Source: a virus
Taxonomy: Duplodnaviria; Caudoviricetes
IMG/VR virus record: IMGVR_UViG_3300028025_003339
Location: 1-60,471 of that record
Direction: 5' to 3' (one strand)
Length of the DNA: 60,471 bases
Position 1 is the first letter of the stretch. Each line of letters begins with the position of its first letter. Of the stretch, positions 1 through 10,456 are shown one piece after another. A program made the position numbers and the translations under genes. The notes beneath the pieces are model-generated. The model searched no databases, had not been told where the DNA came from, and was given only the letters and a program-made list of their open reading frames with translations.

Positions 1-138
1 ATATCATATGAAGAACTATATTATAACAATGGGATTGAAAAAGTAATTAATTATTTAAATATTGATTACATTGAAAATAAAGACTTTCCATATGGTAAAA
101 AATATAAAATTATACAAAATACGAATAAATTGATATGA
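1..138 (+). CDS. Partial CDS (C-terminus), possibly sulfotransferase-like
   Basis: Frame 1 is open from the window start: ISYEELYYNNGIEKVINYLNI...TNKLI*. The xYEEL motif resembles sulfotransferase C-termini; the stop overlaps the next ATG (ATGA). Confidence 0.5.
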   Translation: MSYEELYYNNGIEKVINYLNIDYIENKDFPYGKKYKIIQNTNKLI

Positions 139-938
139 ACCCGTTAAAATTTTGGACACCAAATGAGTTTGAAATTTCCTCATATAAATTCAATTTATCT
201 GATAGGGTAAATAAGACATATAAAACGTCCGGTTCGGATGATACGGAAAAATGTATATATACGTATAATTCATTAGGATTCAGGGGAGATGAACCAACAA
301 AGAAAGGGTTTAAAATAATGTCAATAGGATGTTCTATTACTGAGGGGGTTGGTGTTAATGATAATGAAACATGGTCTTCACAATTTACAAAACTAATACC
401 ATATGGTGTTGATATGAATTTTGGGACGGGTGGTAGAAGTAATGATTTTATCTCCAGATGTTTATTAACTTATTATGATTTAATAAACCCCGACTTGGTT
501 TTAATAATGTACACATCACCACAAAGACGTGAAATATATACAAATGATGGGGGTATTGAACCATTTATTCCCACGGCAAAATGGGGGTACACGGAAGAAA
601 CCGACCAAGGTAAAGAGACACATGAATATTTGGTCAACTTACAAAATGATAACGAAGATTATATAAATTGGTATAAAAATCATTTATTGATAAAATATTT
701 TTTAGAATCAAAAAAATGTAATTGGTTATGGAACGGGTTTTTTGATATTCCATCGGAACATACGGAATTCAATAGATTCGATGGGGAATATAATCAACTC
801 ATAGATAAAGGGGTTGATGGGGTGCATCCAGGTCCTTTACACAATAATTCGTACGCCAAGTCATTATATGAATATATTTTACTAAAATTCCCGAATTACA
901 TACCGGTTGGTGGTATCAAATCAACCAAATTATTATAA
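135..938 (+). CDS. SGNH/GDSL-like hydrolase-fold protein
   Basis: GCSITEGVGV (block I), G-GRSND, C-terminal DGVHPG. Confidence 0.7.
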   Translation: MNPLKFWTPNEFEISSYKFNLSDRVNKTYKTSGSDDTEKCIYTYNSLGFRGDEPTKKGFKIMSIGCSITEGVGVNDNETWSSQFTKLIPYGVDMNFGTGGRSNDFISRCLLTYYDLINPDLVLIMYTSPQRREIYTNDGGIEPFIPTAKWGYTEETDQGKETHEYLVNLQNDNEDYINWYKNHLLIKYFLESKKCNWLWNGFFDIPSEHTEFNRFDGEYNQLIDKGVDGVHPGPLHNNSYAKSLYEYILLKFPNYIPVGGIKSTKLL

Positions 939-968
939 TCAAACGAGGCAACAATCCACTTACCAAAG

Positions 969-984
969 TATTTATCTATAAATA
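969..984 (+). promoter_or_regulatory. Putative late promoter (TATTTAT / TATAAATA)
   Basis: TATTTATCTATAAATA lies just upstream of the fibre gene; TATTTATA recurs before other virion-like genes. Confidence 0.5.
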
Positions 985-996
985 ATATTATTTTAG

Positions 997-3900
997 ATGA
1001 ATATATTTGATCCATTAATATCGGGTTCCCTGTCCGTATCAGGTTCGGGTAATATTTCGGGTGATTTAACGGTATTAGGAACCTTATTTGCCACGATTTC
1101 AGGAACGACACAAAATGCCGTTTCAGCATCACATGCGGCAAACTACACATTAACATCTAGTTTTGGGGAGTTTACCTCATCCTACACAACGGGTTCGTTT
1201 ACAGGTTCTTTCGAAGGAGATGGGTCTCAACTATATAACATACCCTCAAGCGGTGTTACTGGACTTAATTTAACAAGAATTGCGGATGGTAATGCCACAG
1301 CATCAATTTCTTCAGCGGACGGATTAAGAGTTAACTCAAATACTGAAATTACAGGGGCGTTAAAACTTAATGAAGTTGAATTGGGTGGTAACAACATTGT
1401 TGATATGACCCTAACAGATGGTGGTGGGAAATATTATATTAACGGAGTTAAAGCACCAAGATTATCCTTCATTAAGGGATTCAAATACAGATTCTATTAT
1501 AATAACAATGAGACTCACCCATTACTTTTCTCTTTAACTAGCGACGGGGAACACAATGGGGGTACAAGATACACCACCGGAATAACAACAAATTCTGATC
1601 CTTTCTATGTTCAAGTTGATGTTACTGATGCGACGGCCACAACATTCTATTATTGGTGTGACCATCACATTGGAATGGGTAATGCTATTTCGAAATATTC
1701 GGATTTTATGCATGGTCAATCTAACATCGGTCTCATTAATGTAGATACAACCACATTTGCCACAACCGGATCAAATAACTTTACAAATATACAAAGAACA
1801 AGTGGGTCGTTAGTAGTAACAGGTTCTGTTGATATTAGTGGTTCCCATAACGTTACAGGTTCAGTTAACATAACTGGTTCAATAACATTAAATGGTCAAG
1901 CGATTGGTACGGGTAAGTTAGATGAAACAACTTTTCAGGCGTACACATCATCAAATGATGGTAGATTGTTTGCAATTGAAAATTCCACATCATCATATAA
2001 TACGTTTACAAGTTCTATAGATACAAGAATTAAGAACGAGATAAATGAAGAAAATGTCATCTCTGGATCAATTCAGGTTTTAATAACAGGAACCACAGGA
2101 TACTCAACATTTAGTTCATCCGTTTCTTCAAGTATCGGCGAATTAAGTTCTAGTATTAGTGCAACAACATCTGGTTTAAGTTCAAGCATAGGTTCTTTAA
2201 GCTCATCTGTTGAAGGGGTGACATCGGGTCTTAGTTCATCAATAACTTCTTTAAGTTCTTCAGTAGCAACAACCACATCTGGATTAAGCTCAAGTATTGG
2301 AAGTTTATCTTCATCACTTAGTTCTACTAACGATACACAAAATGGTAGATTGGGTAGTATTGAATCTGCAACAAGTAGTTTAAATACATTTACCAGTTCA
2401 ATTGATACAACAATTAAAAATAAAATTAATACCGACTCTGTTATATCTGGTAGTATTCAAGTGTCGATTACAGGAACTACGGGGTATTCAACATTTAGCT
2501 CAAGCATATCTACAAGTTTATCTGCGAGTGTTGCGTCATTAAGTTCTAGTATCAGTACGTCAATCGATAGTTTAAGTTCATCGATTGCTACAACAACTAG
2601 TGGTTTAAGCTCAAGTATTGGAAGCGTATCGTCATCACTAAGTACAACTAACGACACCCAAAATGGTAGATTAACAAGTATTGAAACATCAACCGGTTCG
2701 TTAAACTCATTCACATCTTCTATTGATACAACAATTAAGAATAAACTTAATACTGAATCAGTAATATCTGGTAGTGTACAAGTTTTAATTACGGGAACTA
2801 CCGGTTATTCAACATTTAGTTCAAGTGTATCCACAAGCATTAGTGAGTTGAGTTCTAGTGTGGGTACCGCAATTAATGGATTAAGTTCATCAGTTGCAAC
2901 AACAACAAACGGATTAAGTTCTAGCATTGCCACAACAACAAGCGGGCTAACACTTTCAATAAGTTCTTTAAGTTCATCGGTTGCAACAACAACATCAGGA
3001 CTAAGTTCAAGTATTGGAAGTTTATCTTCATCCATAGCAACAACAAATTTAGGTCAAAATAATAGATTAGATTCTATCGAAGGTAAAACCGGAAGTTATG
3101 CAACTACGGGATCGAATACATATCAAGGTAATCAAACAATAACGGGGTCGTTATATATTTCAGAAAACTTAATAGTTGCCGGATCATCTTCGATTCAACA
3201 TATTAGTTCATCTGTTGTTAACATTGCCGATAATATTATCACAGTTAACGCACAGAACCCAGCATTAAGATTTGGGGGATTGGCGGTTATTGATAGTGGT
3301 TCATCACCACAAGTGTCCGGGTCGTTGTTATTTGACGCTACTGAGAACGAATGGGTATTTGTTCATCAAAATCAAACATCCGTTACATCCGCGTTATTAA
3401 TAATGGGTCCTGAGACTTTTGATGATTTAGGTAATGAAATTCATTTAACAAACAATAGATTAGTTAAATCAACGATTGACGAACACGTTGGTGATAGTAA
3501 TATCACAGACACCGGTACAAAGGTTTCTATAAATTCAAATACAGAAGTAACTGGAACATTAAAAGTTACAGGAAATATAACTAGTCCTAATATAACTGCA
3601 ATAGAAACGTCTACGAGCAGTTTAAATACTTTCACATCATCATTATTAACAGCTGTGGAATTAACCGGTTCTAACTTAACTGTTAGAGGTAACTTATTGG
3701 TTAAAGGAACAACAACAAACGTTAACACATCAACATTAGATGTTGATAACAATTTAATTAATCTTAATGGTGCTGGTGCATCTAATGCGGGTCTAAGAGT
3801 TAAAGATACCACCGGAGTAAGTCAAATTTCTGGCTCACTATTATGGGATGCAACAAATGATTATTGGATTGCGGGTCAATTAGGTTCTGAACAAAGATTA

Positions 3901-6237
3901 GTAAGAGAAACAGAATTCAACACACAAGTTACTAGAATTGGTAATCTTGAAACAAGTAGTGGTTCATTAAATTCATTTACATCCTCTATTAATACAACCA
4001 TTAAAAGTAAATTAAATACTGATGGTGTTATTAGTGGTTCCGTACAGGTTAATCATAATGCAACAACAAACTATGATGCAAATCAACACGTTGACCACAC
4101 AACCGTTTCAATTTCTGCTGGTAGTGGTTTAAGTGGTGGAGGTACAATTGCAGCAACAAGAACATTAACATTAGACACAGGTTCAGTACACTTTTTAGAT
4201 GGTGTTAAAAAAGAATTAAACACCGAGGGTGTTATATCGGGTTCATCACAAGTATTATCAGGAACAGGTATTTGGTCTGGTTCGGCACAATTACCATCAG
4301 GAGTTATTTCAGGATCAGCACAAGTTATTTCTTCATTACCTTCCGGTACGGTATCAGGTTCATCACAAGTTTTATCTGGTACAGGTATATGGTCCGGATC
4401 CGCACAACTACCATCGGGGGTTATTAGTGGGTCAGCACAAGTAATATCATCATTACCATCAGGTACAATATCAGGTTCAGCACAATTAACATCAACATTT
4501 GTACAAAAGGCTGGAGATACCATGACTGGTCAATTAATTGTAGGTTCGACAGGAACCGCCGGTGCGGCAACTTTAAAAGTAAACACCTCTAGTGCAATAT
4601 CGTTTATACATTCACAAGAGAACTTCTCACCAAATATGACCAATGGTCAAACAAACATTTTAGTTGTTGGTCAAGCTGGTAGTACTAAAAATGCCGGTTA
4701 CTTAGGATACAATTGGTCTAGTTCTGCATCAAATAGTAACTTCATAAGTCTTGGTCATTGGGGTTCTGATAATTTATTAAGAGTGTATGGTGATGGTACC
4801 GTTTACATGGGTACTGTTACAACAGGTGTTTGGAACGGTACAGCAATCGGCGATACATATATTAGTTCGGCATCAAATTGGAACACAGCATATAATAAAA
4901 GAATTTCTTCTTTAGGTTTTACAAGTTCAACAGTTACAATCACATTAGCGGATAGTTCAACTGTTACAGGTTCAGTCCCAACCTTTAATCAAAATACAAG
5001 TGGAACTGCGGCTAATATAACTGCGAGTTCAAATACAAGTTTAACATCGTTAGCTAATTTAGCTACGGTTGGTACAATTACAACAGGTGTATGGAATGGT
5101 ACCGCAATTGCAAACGCATATTTGGCTAATTCATCATTTAATATTGGTACAACATCAATATCATTAGGTCGGGCGAGTGCATCTCAAACATTGACAGGTG
5201 TTAGTGTTGATGGTTCTGCGGGAAGTGCAGGGGTCATAACTGCATCAGGTGGGATAACAAATCAATATGGTAATGGAACTGTTGGATATTCATATGCACA
5301 TAATAGTAGCACAACGGGGTTGTTTACAGCGGTTGATAATTCAAATGGTATCCTCACTGTTAATAGACATCCAGATAACTATTATAGCCAATTAGGTTTC
5401 AGTTCTAATGGTAATCTATATTATAGAAGTTTTTCAGCAACCGCAATTAACACGTCACAGGCTTGGAAAACAATTATTGATTCAGGTAATATTGGATCAC
5501 AAACAGTATCCAACGTTTCAGGAACGGTTGCTGTTGCAAATGGTGGAACCGGCGCAACAACTGCGGCTAATGCAAGAACAAACTTAGGATTAGTGATAGG
5601 TACGGACGTACTGGCACAAAGAACTTTTGGAACTGCGGCAAATAATAACACAGGAGATTTTGCGGCATTCAATGCAACAACATATGTTGGTACGACCGCA
5701 ATCGCACTTAACAGAGCTAGTGGGACACAAACATTAACAGGTGTCTCAATTGATGGAAACGCTGCAACTGCAACATCCGCAGACCAAATCGATGGTATCG
5801 GTATTAGAAACACAAATACAAGTGGAGTTGCCGCAAATACATTAGATTCAAACGGATTTACATATGTAACAGATGTTGATGGTAGTAGTACCAACTTAAC
5901 TGGTAACTCAACAGACGGAGCATTGTATTCTCAAATATATAGTTCTAGTTGGCAACATCAAATATATGGAGATTATCGGACGGGTATTATGTATGTTAGA
6001 GGTAAGAACAGTGGTACATGGGCTAGTTGGAAGAGAGTTGCATTAAGTAGTGCAACAACATTCTCTAACGTGTCAAGTGTAACTTTTAACCATACTTTGG
6101 GAACGGCAAATGTAACGGCACAAGTGTTTGATTCAAACGGAGACATGTTCTTCCCTTCCAATATAAGAATAACATCGACACAAGTGATATTAACTTTTGC
6201 GTCAAATAGAAGTGGAAGACTTGTAGTTACAGGATAA
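997..6237 (+). CDS. Large Ser/Thr/Gly-rich tail fibre / virion surface protein with cupredoxin-like insert
   Basis: 1746 aa; repeated xxSGS motifs, SSSIATTTSGL repeats, GTITTGVWNGTAI and VANGGTGATTAANARTNLG fibre motifs; HPLLF...YYWCDHHIGMG insert. Confidence 0.85.
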   Translation: MNIFDPLISGSLSVSGSGNISGDLTVLGTLFATISGTTQNAVSASHAANYTLTSSFGEFTSSYTTGSFTGSFEGDGSQLYNIPSSGVTGLNLTRIADGNATASISSADGLRVNSNTEITGALKLNEVELGGNNIVDMTLTDGGGKYYINGVKAPRLSFIKGFKYRFYYNNNETHPLLFSLTSDGEHNGGTRYTTGITTNSDPFYVQVDVTDATATTFYYWCDHHIGMGNAISKYSDFMHGQSNIGLINVDTTTFATTGSNNFTNIQRTSGSLVVTGSVDISGSHNVTGSVNITGSITLNGQAIGTGKLDETTFQAYTSSNDGRLFAIENSTSSYNTFTSSIDTRIKNEINEENVISGSIQVLITGTTGYSTFSSSVSSSIGELSSSISATTSGLSSSIGSLSSSVEGVTSGLSSSITSLSSSVATTTSGLSSSIGSLSSSLSSTNDTQNGRLGSIESATSSLNTFTSSIDTTIKNKINTDSVISGSIQVSITGTTGYSTFSSSISTSLSASVASLSSSISTSIDSLSSSIATTTSGLSSSIGSVSSSLSTTNDTQNGRLTSIETSTGSLNSFTSSIDTTIKNKLNTESVISGSVQVLITGTTGYSTFSSSVSTSISELSSSVGTAINGLSSSVATTTNGLSSSIATTTSGLTLSISSLSSSVATTTSGLSSSIGSLSSSIATTNLGQNNRLDSIEGKTGSYATTGSNTYQGNQTITGSLYISENLIVAGSSSIQHISSSVVNIADNIITVNAQNPALRFGGLAVIDSGSSPQVSGSLLFDATENEWVFVHQNQTSVTSALLIMGPETFDDLGNEIHLTNNRLVKSTIDEHVGDSNITDTGTKVSINSNTEVTGTLKVTGNITSPNITAIETSTSSLNTFTSSLLTAVELTGSNLTVRGNLLVKGTTTNVNTSTLDVDNNLINLNGAGASNAGLRVKDTTGVSQISGSLLWDATNDYWIAGQLGSEQRLVRETEFNTQVTRIGNLETSSGSLNSFTSSINTTIKSKLNTDGVISGSVQVNHNATTNYDANQHVDHTTVSISAGSGLSGGGTIAATRTLTLDTGSVHFLDGVKKELNTEGVISGSSQVLSGTGIWSGSAQLPSGVISGSAQVISSLPSGTVSGSSQVLSGTGIWSGSAQLPSGVISGSAQVISSLPSGTISGSAQLTSTFVQKAGDTMTGQLIVGSTGTAGAATLKVNTSSAISFIHSQENFSPNMTNGQTNILVVGQAGSTKNAGYLGYNWSSSASNSNFISLGHWGSDNLLRVYGDGTVYMGTVTTGVWNGTAIGDTYISSASNWNTAYNKRISSLGFTSSTVTITLADSSTVTGSVPTFNQNTSGTAANITASSNTSLTSLANLATVGTITTGVWNGTAIANAYLANSSFNIGTTSISLGRASASQTLTGVSVDGSAGSAGVITASGGITNQYGNGTVGYSYAHNSSTTGLFTAVDNSNGILTVNRHPDNYYSQLGFSSNGNLYYRSFSATAINTSQAWKTIIDSGNIGSQTVSNVSGTVAVANGGTGATTAANARTNLGLVIGTDVLAQRTFGTAANNNTGDFAAFNATTYVGTTAIALNRASGTQTLTGVSIDGNAATATSADQIDGIGIRNTNTSGVAANTLDSNGFTYVTDVDGSSTNLTGNSTDGALYSQIYSSSWQHQIYGDYRTGIMYVRGKNSGTWASWKRVALSSATTFSNVSSVTFNHTLGTANVTAQVFDSNGDMFFPSNIRITSTQVILTFASNRSGRLVVTG
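1990..3060 (+). repeat. Intragenic Ser-rich repeats
   Basis: Three copies of FTSSIDT.IKN..N...VISGS.QV.ITGTTGYSTFSSS interleaved with many LSSS(I/V)ATTTSG units. Confidence 0.8.
4237..4470 (+). repeat. Tandem 117-nt (39-aa) duplication
   Basis: SGSSQVLSGTGIWSGSAQLPSGVISGSAQVISSLPSGT occurs twice (4237 and 4354) with many synonymous differences. Confidence 0.85.
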
Positions 6238-6256
6238 AATCCGTATATTATACAAT

Positions 6257-7396
6257 ATGTTAAGAGAAAACGTAGAAGTTAGTGGTTCATTAAATGTAAG
6301 TGGACAATATATTATACCAAGAGGGCCACGAGCAAATAGGCCATCTAGTCCTGATATTGGGTCATTATATTTGGAAGAATCTACTAGTGGTAGTTTTGTG
6401 GTTACATATACAGCCTCATCAAATTATGATGGTGGTTGGGAACCAGTTGGTTCACAAAATACAGATAGAACAGGATTTAAATATAGACAGGTTATTAATT
6501 ACTCATACTTAGCTGGTGGTTATAAATCCGCATCACCATGGAAGAATGTTCATAGAACAACAAATTCAACAGACCAAACGGTTCACTTAGGTGAACTATT
6601 AGATTATCCGGCATCATATACATCCGGTGCTTGTAGTAAAAGCATTTTATTTCTTTGGTCAACAAATACAGATGGTACATTTAAAGGGGACAGCACTATT
6701 CATTCAACATGGACTAGTGGTGTTAATATGGTAAACGAAACATCATACGCTCATCAAACCAAATGGGATTTAGCAAATGCGAGAGATGATTGTGGTACTT
6801 TACATCAAGAAACAGAATTTGCTTGGATATTTGGTGCTGGGGTAGCTGCGGTTGAGAAGTTTAATTTAACAAACGAAACAATGTATAGTGTATACTATCA
6901 AGCGGGTGTACCATACATTACTACAACATCATCAATTACTGGTAGTGGACCATCAGGTGCTTCGGGATTTTCTGACGAAAACTACGGATATGGTTGGACA
7001 CAACAAAGTGGAACTAAATTATTTTTTGCAAACGATACGTTCACAAACAATCAACAATGGGGTGCGAGTGGACAACAAAAAGGAATTAGCTCAAAGGTAG
7101 GAAAAGGATATGCAGGAAATGAAGGTACATATAATGGGGGTTACAACTTAAGAAGATGGAATGTTTTTACCGAAACCAATCTTGGTAATGTGGCAAAACC
7201 ACATGGTAACTGCGGAGAAGAAAACTTTACAATGGGACAAGATCATCAATATATGTTAGGTTGTTATGACGGTGCACAGGTAAATACTAGTTGGAAATTT
7301 GGTTACACTACGGATACTGGTACAGTAAACCCTAGTGGTTTGGCACCAGGAGTAAATGATGGAACATCATCAGGTCATTGCGGTTGGAGAACATAA
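6257..7396 (+). CDS. Propeller/kelch-like virion-associated protein, paralog 1
   Basis: N-terminal VSGSL + RANRPSSP..GSLYLE module; YLAGGY; C-terminal GTSSGHCGWR. Confidence 0.7.
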   Translation: MLRENVEVSGSLNVSGQYIIPRGPRANRPSSPDIGSLYLEESTSGSFVVTYTASSNYDGGWEPVGSQNTDRTGFKYRQVINYSYLAGGYKSASPWKNVHRTTNSTDQTVHLGELLDYPASYTSGACSKSILFLWSTNTDGTFKGDSTIHSTWTSGVNMVNETSYAHQTKWDLANARDDCGTLHQETEFAWIFGAGVAAVEKFNLTNETMYSVYYQAGVPYITTTSSITGSGPSGASGFSDENYGYGWTQQSGTKLFFANDTFTNNQQWGASGQQKGISSKVGKGYAGNEGTYNGGYNLRRWNVFTETNLGNVAKPHGNCGEENFTMGQDHQYMLGCYDGAQVNTSWKFGYTTDTGTVNPSGLAPGVNDGTSSGHCGWRT

Positions 7397-7414
7397 AATT
7401 TATATTTATAAGAT

Positions 7415-8521
7415 ATGCTACACGAAAATATTGAAATTAGTGGGTCCCTAAAAGCACAAGGTGTGATAAAATCACCAGTAGGCACGCGGGCAAATAGACC
7501 TAGCAGTCCACAAACTGGTTCTTTATATTTAGAACAAGCAACTAGTGGTAGTTTTTTGATGGTTTATGTTGGTTTAAGTAATAGCGATAGTGGATGGGTT
7601 AGGGTATCTTCTCAAGTAAACGCCAATGTTGGTTTTAAATTTAGACAGATAATTAGTGTTTCTTATCTTGCGGGTGGTTATAAAGATTCATCCCCTTGGA
7701 AAAATGTTCACAAAACAATTAACTCTACAGATCAAACAACACACATTGGAGAATTGTTAGATCATCCAGCATCATATACATCGGGAGCTTGTAGCAAATA
7801 TATCTTTTTTATTTGGTCGGTTAATACAGATAATACATTTAAAGGACCGAGTACTGTAGATAGTGTTAGAACCTCAGCAATTAACATGGCGAATGACACA
7901 AAATATACACATAATCAAAAATTCAATATTACCAATGCTAGAAGTGACTTAGGAACCATGCATAAAGAAACAGAAATGGCTTATATGTTTACCGGTGGTA
8001 GTACTGTTGTTGAAAGATTTGATTTAAGTACGGAAACAATAGCAACTGGTTTCCATTTAACAACGATCGATGGTAGTGATGGTGGTTCAGCATTTTCTGA
8101 TGAAAACTTTGGATATGGTTGGACGTCATCTGCAGGTATTAAAATGAGTTTTGCAACGGAAACAATTACATCAAGTGGAATGTGGGGCGCACATTCACAA
8201 CAAAAAGGAATTAGTTCAAAAGTTGGAAAAGGTTATGCTGGAAACGAAGGTTCATATAATGGTGGTTACAACTTAAGAAGATGGAGTAATGCTAATGATA
8301 CCAACATTGGAAACGTATCAAAGCCTCATCCTAATTGCGGTGAAGAAAATTTTACCATGGGTCAAGATCATCAGTATATGTTAGGTAATTATGATGGGCT
8401 ACAAAATAATACAAGTTGGAAATTCTTCTATGCAACAGATACAGGAACAACCAGTGTAAGTGGGTTAAACCCCGCAGTCAATGCTGGAACATCATCTGGG
8501 CATTGTGGATGGAGAGGGTAA
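7415..8521 (+). CDS. Propeller/kelch-like virion-associated protein, paralog 2
   Basis: Collinear with paralog 1; TATTTATA upstream at 7403-7410. Confidence 0.7.
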   Translation: MLHENIEISGSLKAQGVIKSPVGTRANRPSSPQTGSLYLEQATSGSFLMVYVGLSNSDSGWVRVSSQVNANVGFKFRQIISVSYLAGGYKDSSPWKNVHKTINSTDQTTHIGELLDHPASYTSGACSKYIFFIWSVNTDNTFKGPSTVDSVRTSAINMANDTKYTHNQKFNITNARSDLGTMHKETEMAYMFTGGSTVVERFDLSTETIATGFHLTTIDGSDGGSAFSDENFGYGWTSSAGIKMSFATETITSSGMWGAHSQQKGISSKVGKGYAGNEGSYNGGYNLRRWSNANDTNIGNVSKPHPNCGEENFTMGQDHQYMLGNYDGLQNNTSWKFFYATDTGTTSVSGLNPAVNAGTSSGHCGWRG

Positions 8522-8535
8522 AAAATAATTAAATT

Positions 8536-9645
8536 ATGATATACGAGAATTTAGAAGTTAGTGGTAGTTTAACATCAGATAGGGTGGTTAATAGACCACC
8601 TAGAGGTGTTAGAGCAAGCAGACCTGGTTCACCATTATCTGGTTCTTTATATTTGGAAGAATCCACTAGTGGTAGCTTTTTAATGTTATATACCGGCGTA
8701 TCAAATATTGATAACGGATGGGAGAGAATTGCGGCACAAGAAACCATTCCAATAGCATTTAAATATAGACAAGTTTTATCATACACATATTTGGCTGGTG
8801 GTTATAAAGATTCATCACCTTGGAGAAACGTACATAAAACAACAAACTCAACGAATCAAACAACACACGTCGGTGAATTGTTAGATTATCCCGCATCATA
8901 TACATCTGGTGCATGTAATAAAACAATATTGTTTATTTGGTCAGTAAATGATGATGGGGCATGGAAAGGTCCAGAAAGTATTCATGGGACTCGGACATCA
9001 GCAATTAATTTGTTTAACGATACAAACTATGCTCATCAAGCTAAATTTAACACAGGTATTGCTAGAAGTGACGTTGCAACTATGCAAAAAGAAACGGAGT
9101 TTGCCTATTTAATTTCGGGTGGATCAACAACAATTGAAAAATTTAACCTATCTAACGAAAGTTATGTAAGTGGATTTGGTGTAACGTCAATAAGCGGTAA
9201 CGATGGTGCCGGTGCATTTTATGATGAAAGTTTTGGATATGCGTGGACAACATCTGCGGGTATAAAATTTAATTTTTCAAATGAAACACCAAGCTCATCA
9301 ACACAATGGGGAGCACACGCACAACAAAAAGGTATACCATCTAAAGTTGGGAAAGGTTATTGTGGTAACGAGGGGTCATATAATGGTGGTTACAACTTAA
9401 GAAGATGGAGTAATTCTACGGATACGAATCTTGGTAATGTTGCAAAGCCACATGCCAACTGTGGTGAAGAAAACTTCGCATTAGGACAAGACTGGCAATA
9501 TATGTTAGGAAATTATGATGGAACAGGACAAAACAATACGTCTTGGATAATGGTTTATGCAACCGACACAGGTTCAAATGCCATTACGGGATTAGCACCA
9601 CGGGTTAACGCTGGGACATCATCTGGACATTGTGGTTGGAGATAA
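8536..9645 (+). CDS. Propeller/kelch-like virion-associated protein, paralog 3
   Basis: Collinear with paralogs 1 and 2. Confidence 0.7.
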   Translation: MIYENLEVSGSLTSDRVVNRPPRGVRASRPGSPLSGSLYLEESTSGSFLMLYTGVSNIDNGWERIAAQETIPIAFKYRQVLSYTYLAGGYKDSSPWRNVHKTTNSTNQTTHVGELLDYPASYTSGACNKTILFIWSVNDDGAWKGPESIHGTRTSAINLFNDTNYAHQAKFNTGIARSDVATMQKETEFAYLISGGSTTIEKFNLSNESYVSGFGVTSISGNDGAGAFYDESFGYAWTTSAGIKFNFSNETPSSSTQWGAHAQQKGIPSKVGKGYCGNEGSYNGGYNLRRWSNSTDTNLGNVAKPHANCGEENFALGQDWQYMLGNYDGTGQNNTSWIMVYATDTGSNAITGLAPRVNAGTSSGHCGWR

Positions 9646-9680
9646 GTTGACATTTTAAAAAATTTTACTTATATTAGTAT
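9646..9680 (+). promoter_or_regulatory. Bacteroidota-like promoter variant (GTTG...TATATTAG)
   Basis: GTTGA at 9646 and TATATTAGTAT at 9670; the same arrangement occurs at 13886/13910. Confidence 0.55.
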
Positions 9681-9691
9681 AAAAAACAATT

Positions 9692-10456
9692 ATGGAACAA
9701 GGTTACAAATACGACAGGTCTAATTTCATTAACAATCCTTATGATGAAAAATTAATGCAAATATCCGAAAGTATGTCTTTCGCATTACCAAAATACAAAG
9801 CATATAATTTCGTTGGAGGTGCACAAATAACACCTTACGCGAGATTAAAACAATGGTTATTAGAGCTAAGAGGTAGAGAAGATGCGGTAGAACATTTGGA
9901 ATATACAGTTAGAAAGATGGAACTTGAAATTGAAATGGATGAAGAAAGTAAAGAATTCATAACTGACCCCAAAAGAAAGGAAATGGTTAACATAACCATT
10001 GCAGATAAAATGATTGATTTAAGAAAGTTTAATAGAAATCTTAAAGATGCATATAGAGAAAGACAGGGATTTATTGATTTGATAAAAGAATTCTTGGAAT
10101 CTGATCAGGCAACTCTACCCGACGGAACAAAACTAATTGATGTTTTTGGTAACCCTGAATTAGAAGAAAAATATGAACACGAATACTGGACCGTTCGTAT
10201 GGCAAAGCAAGCTATGTTAGATATGATTTCATATGGTAGAATTGGTACCGGTAACTTAGATTCAATTCTTATGATGGACCCAGAACAACAAAAACAAGTG
10301 TTAGCATTAGCGTCAGCATACACTATCTCAACCGATAAAAATATAAACCAATTAATGACAGAAGCAACAACAAACAATTTTACAATTGAAGAGTCATTAA
10401 AAAATCAGTTAAGATTAAGTGAACCAAATAAAACAGAAACAGAAAAATTATTATAA
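9692..10456 (+). CDS. Hypothetical coiled-coil protein
   Basis: 254-aa ORF, helical and charged; first gene of a coupled operon. Confidence 0.75.
   Translation: MEQGYKYDRSNFINNPYDEKLMQISESMSFALPKYKAYNFVGGAQITPYARLKQWLLELRGREDAVEHLEYTVRKMELEIEMDEESKEFITDPKRKEMVNITIADKMIDLRKFNRNLKDAYRERQGFIDLIKEFLESDQATLPDGTKLIDVFGNPELEEKYEHEYWTVRMAKQAMLDMISYGRIGTGNLDSILMMDPEQQKQVLALASAYTISTDKNINQLMTEATTNNFTIEESLKNQLRLSEPNKTETEKLL

Noticed and set aside
1534-6161. Many minus-strand ORFs within the fibre gene
   Set aside because: They are antisense shadows of a repetitive Ser/Thr-rich gene with no independent motifs.
997-9645. Genome-wide CGG reassignment to Ser
   Set aside because: CGG at 5170, 7487 and 8992 aligns with AGA/CGA Arg in paralogous sequence; only 9601 is ambiguous.
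6257-9645. Diversity-generating retroelement among the paralogs
   Set aside because: No reverse transcriptase is present in the window and the differences are not adenine-specific.
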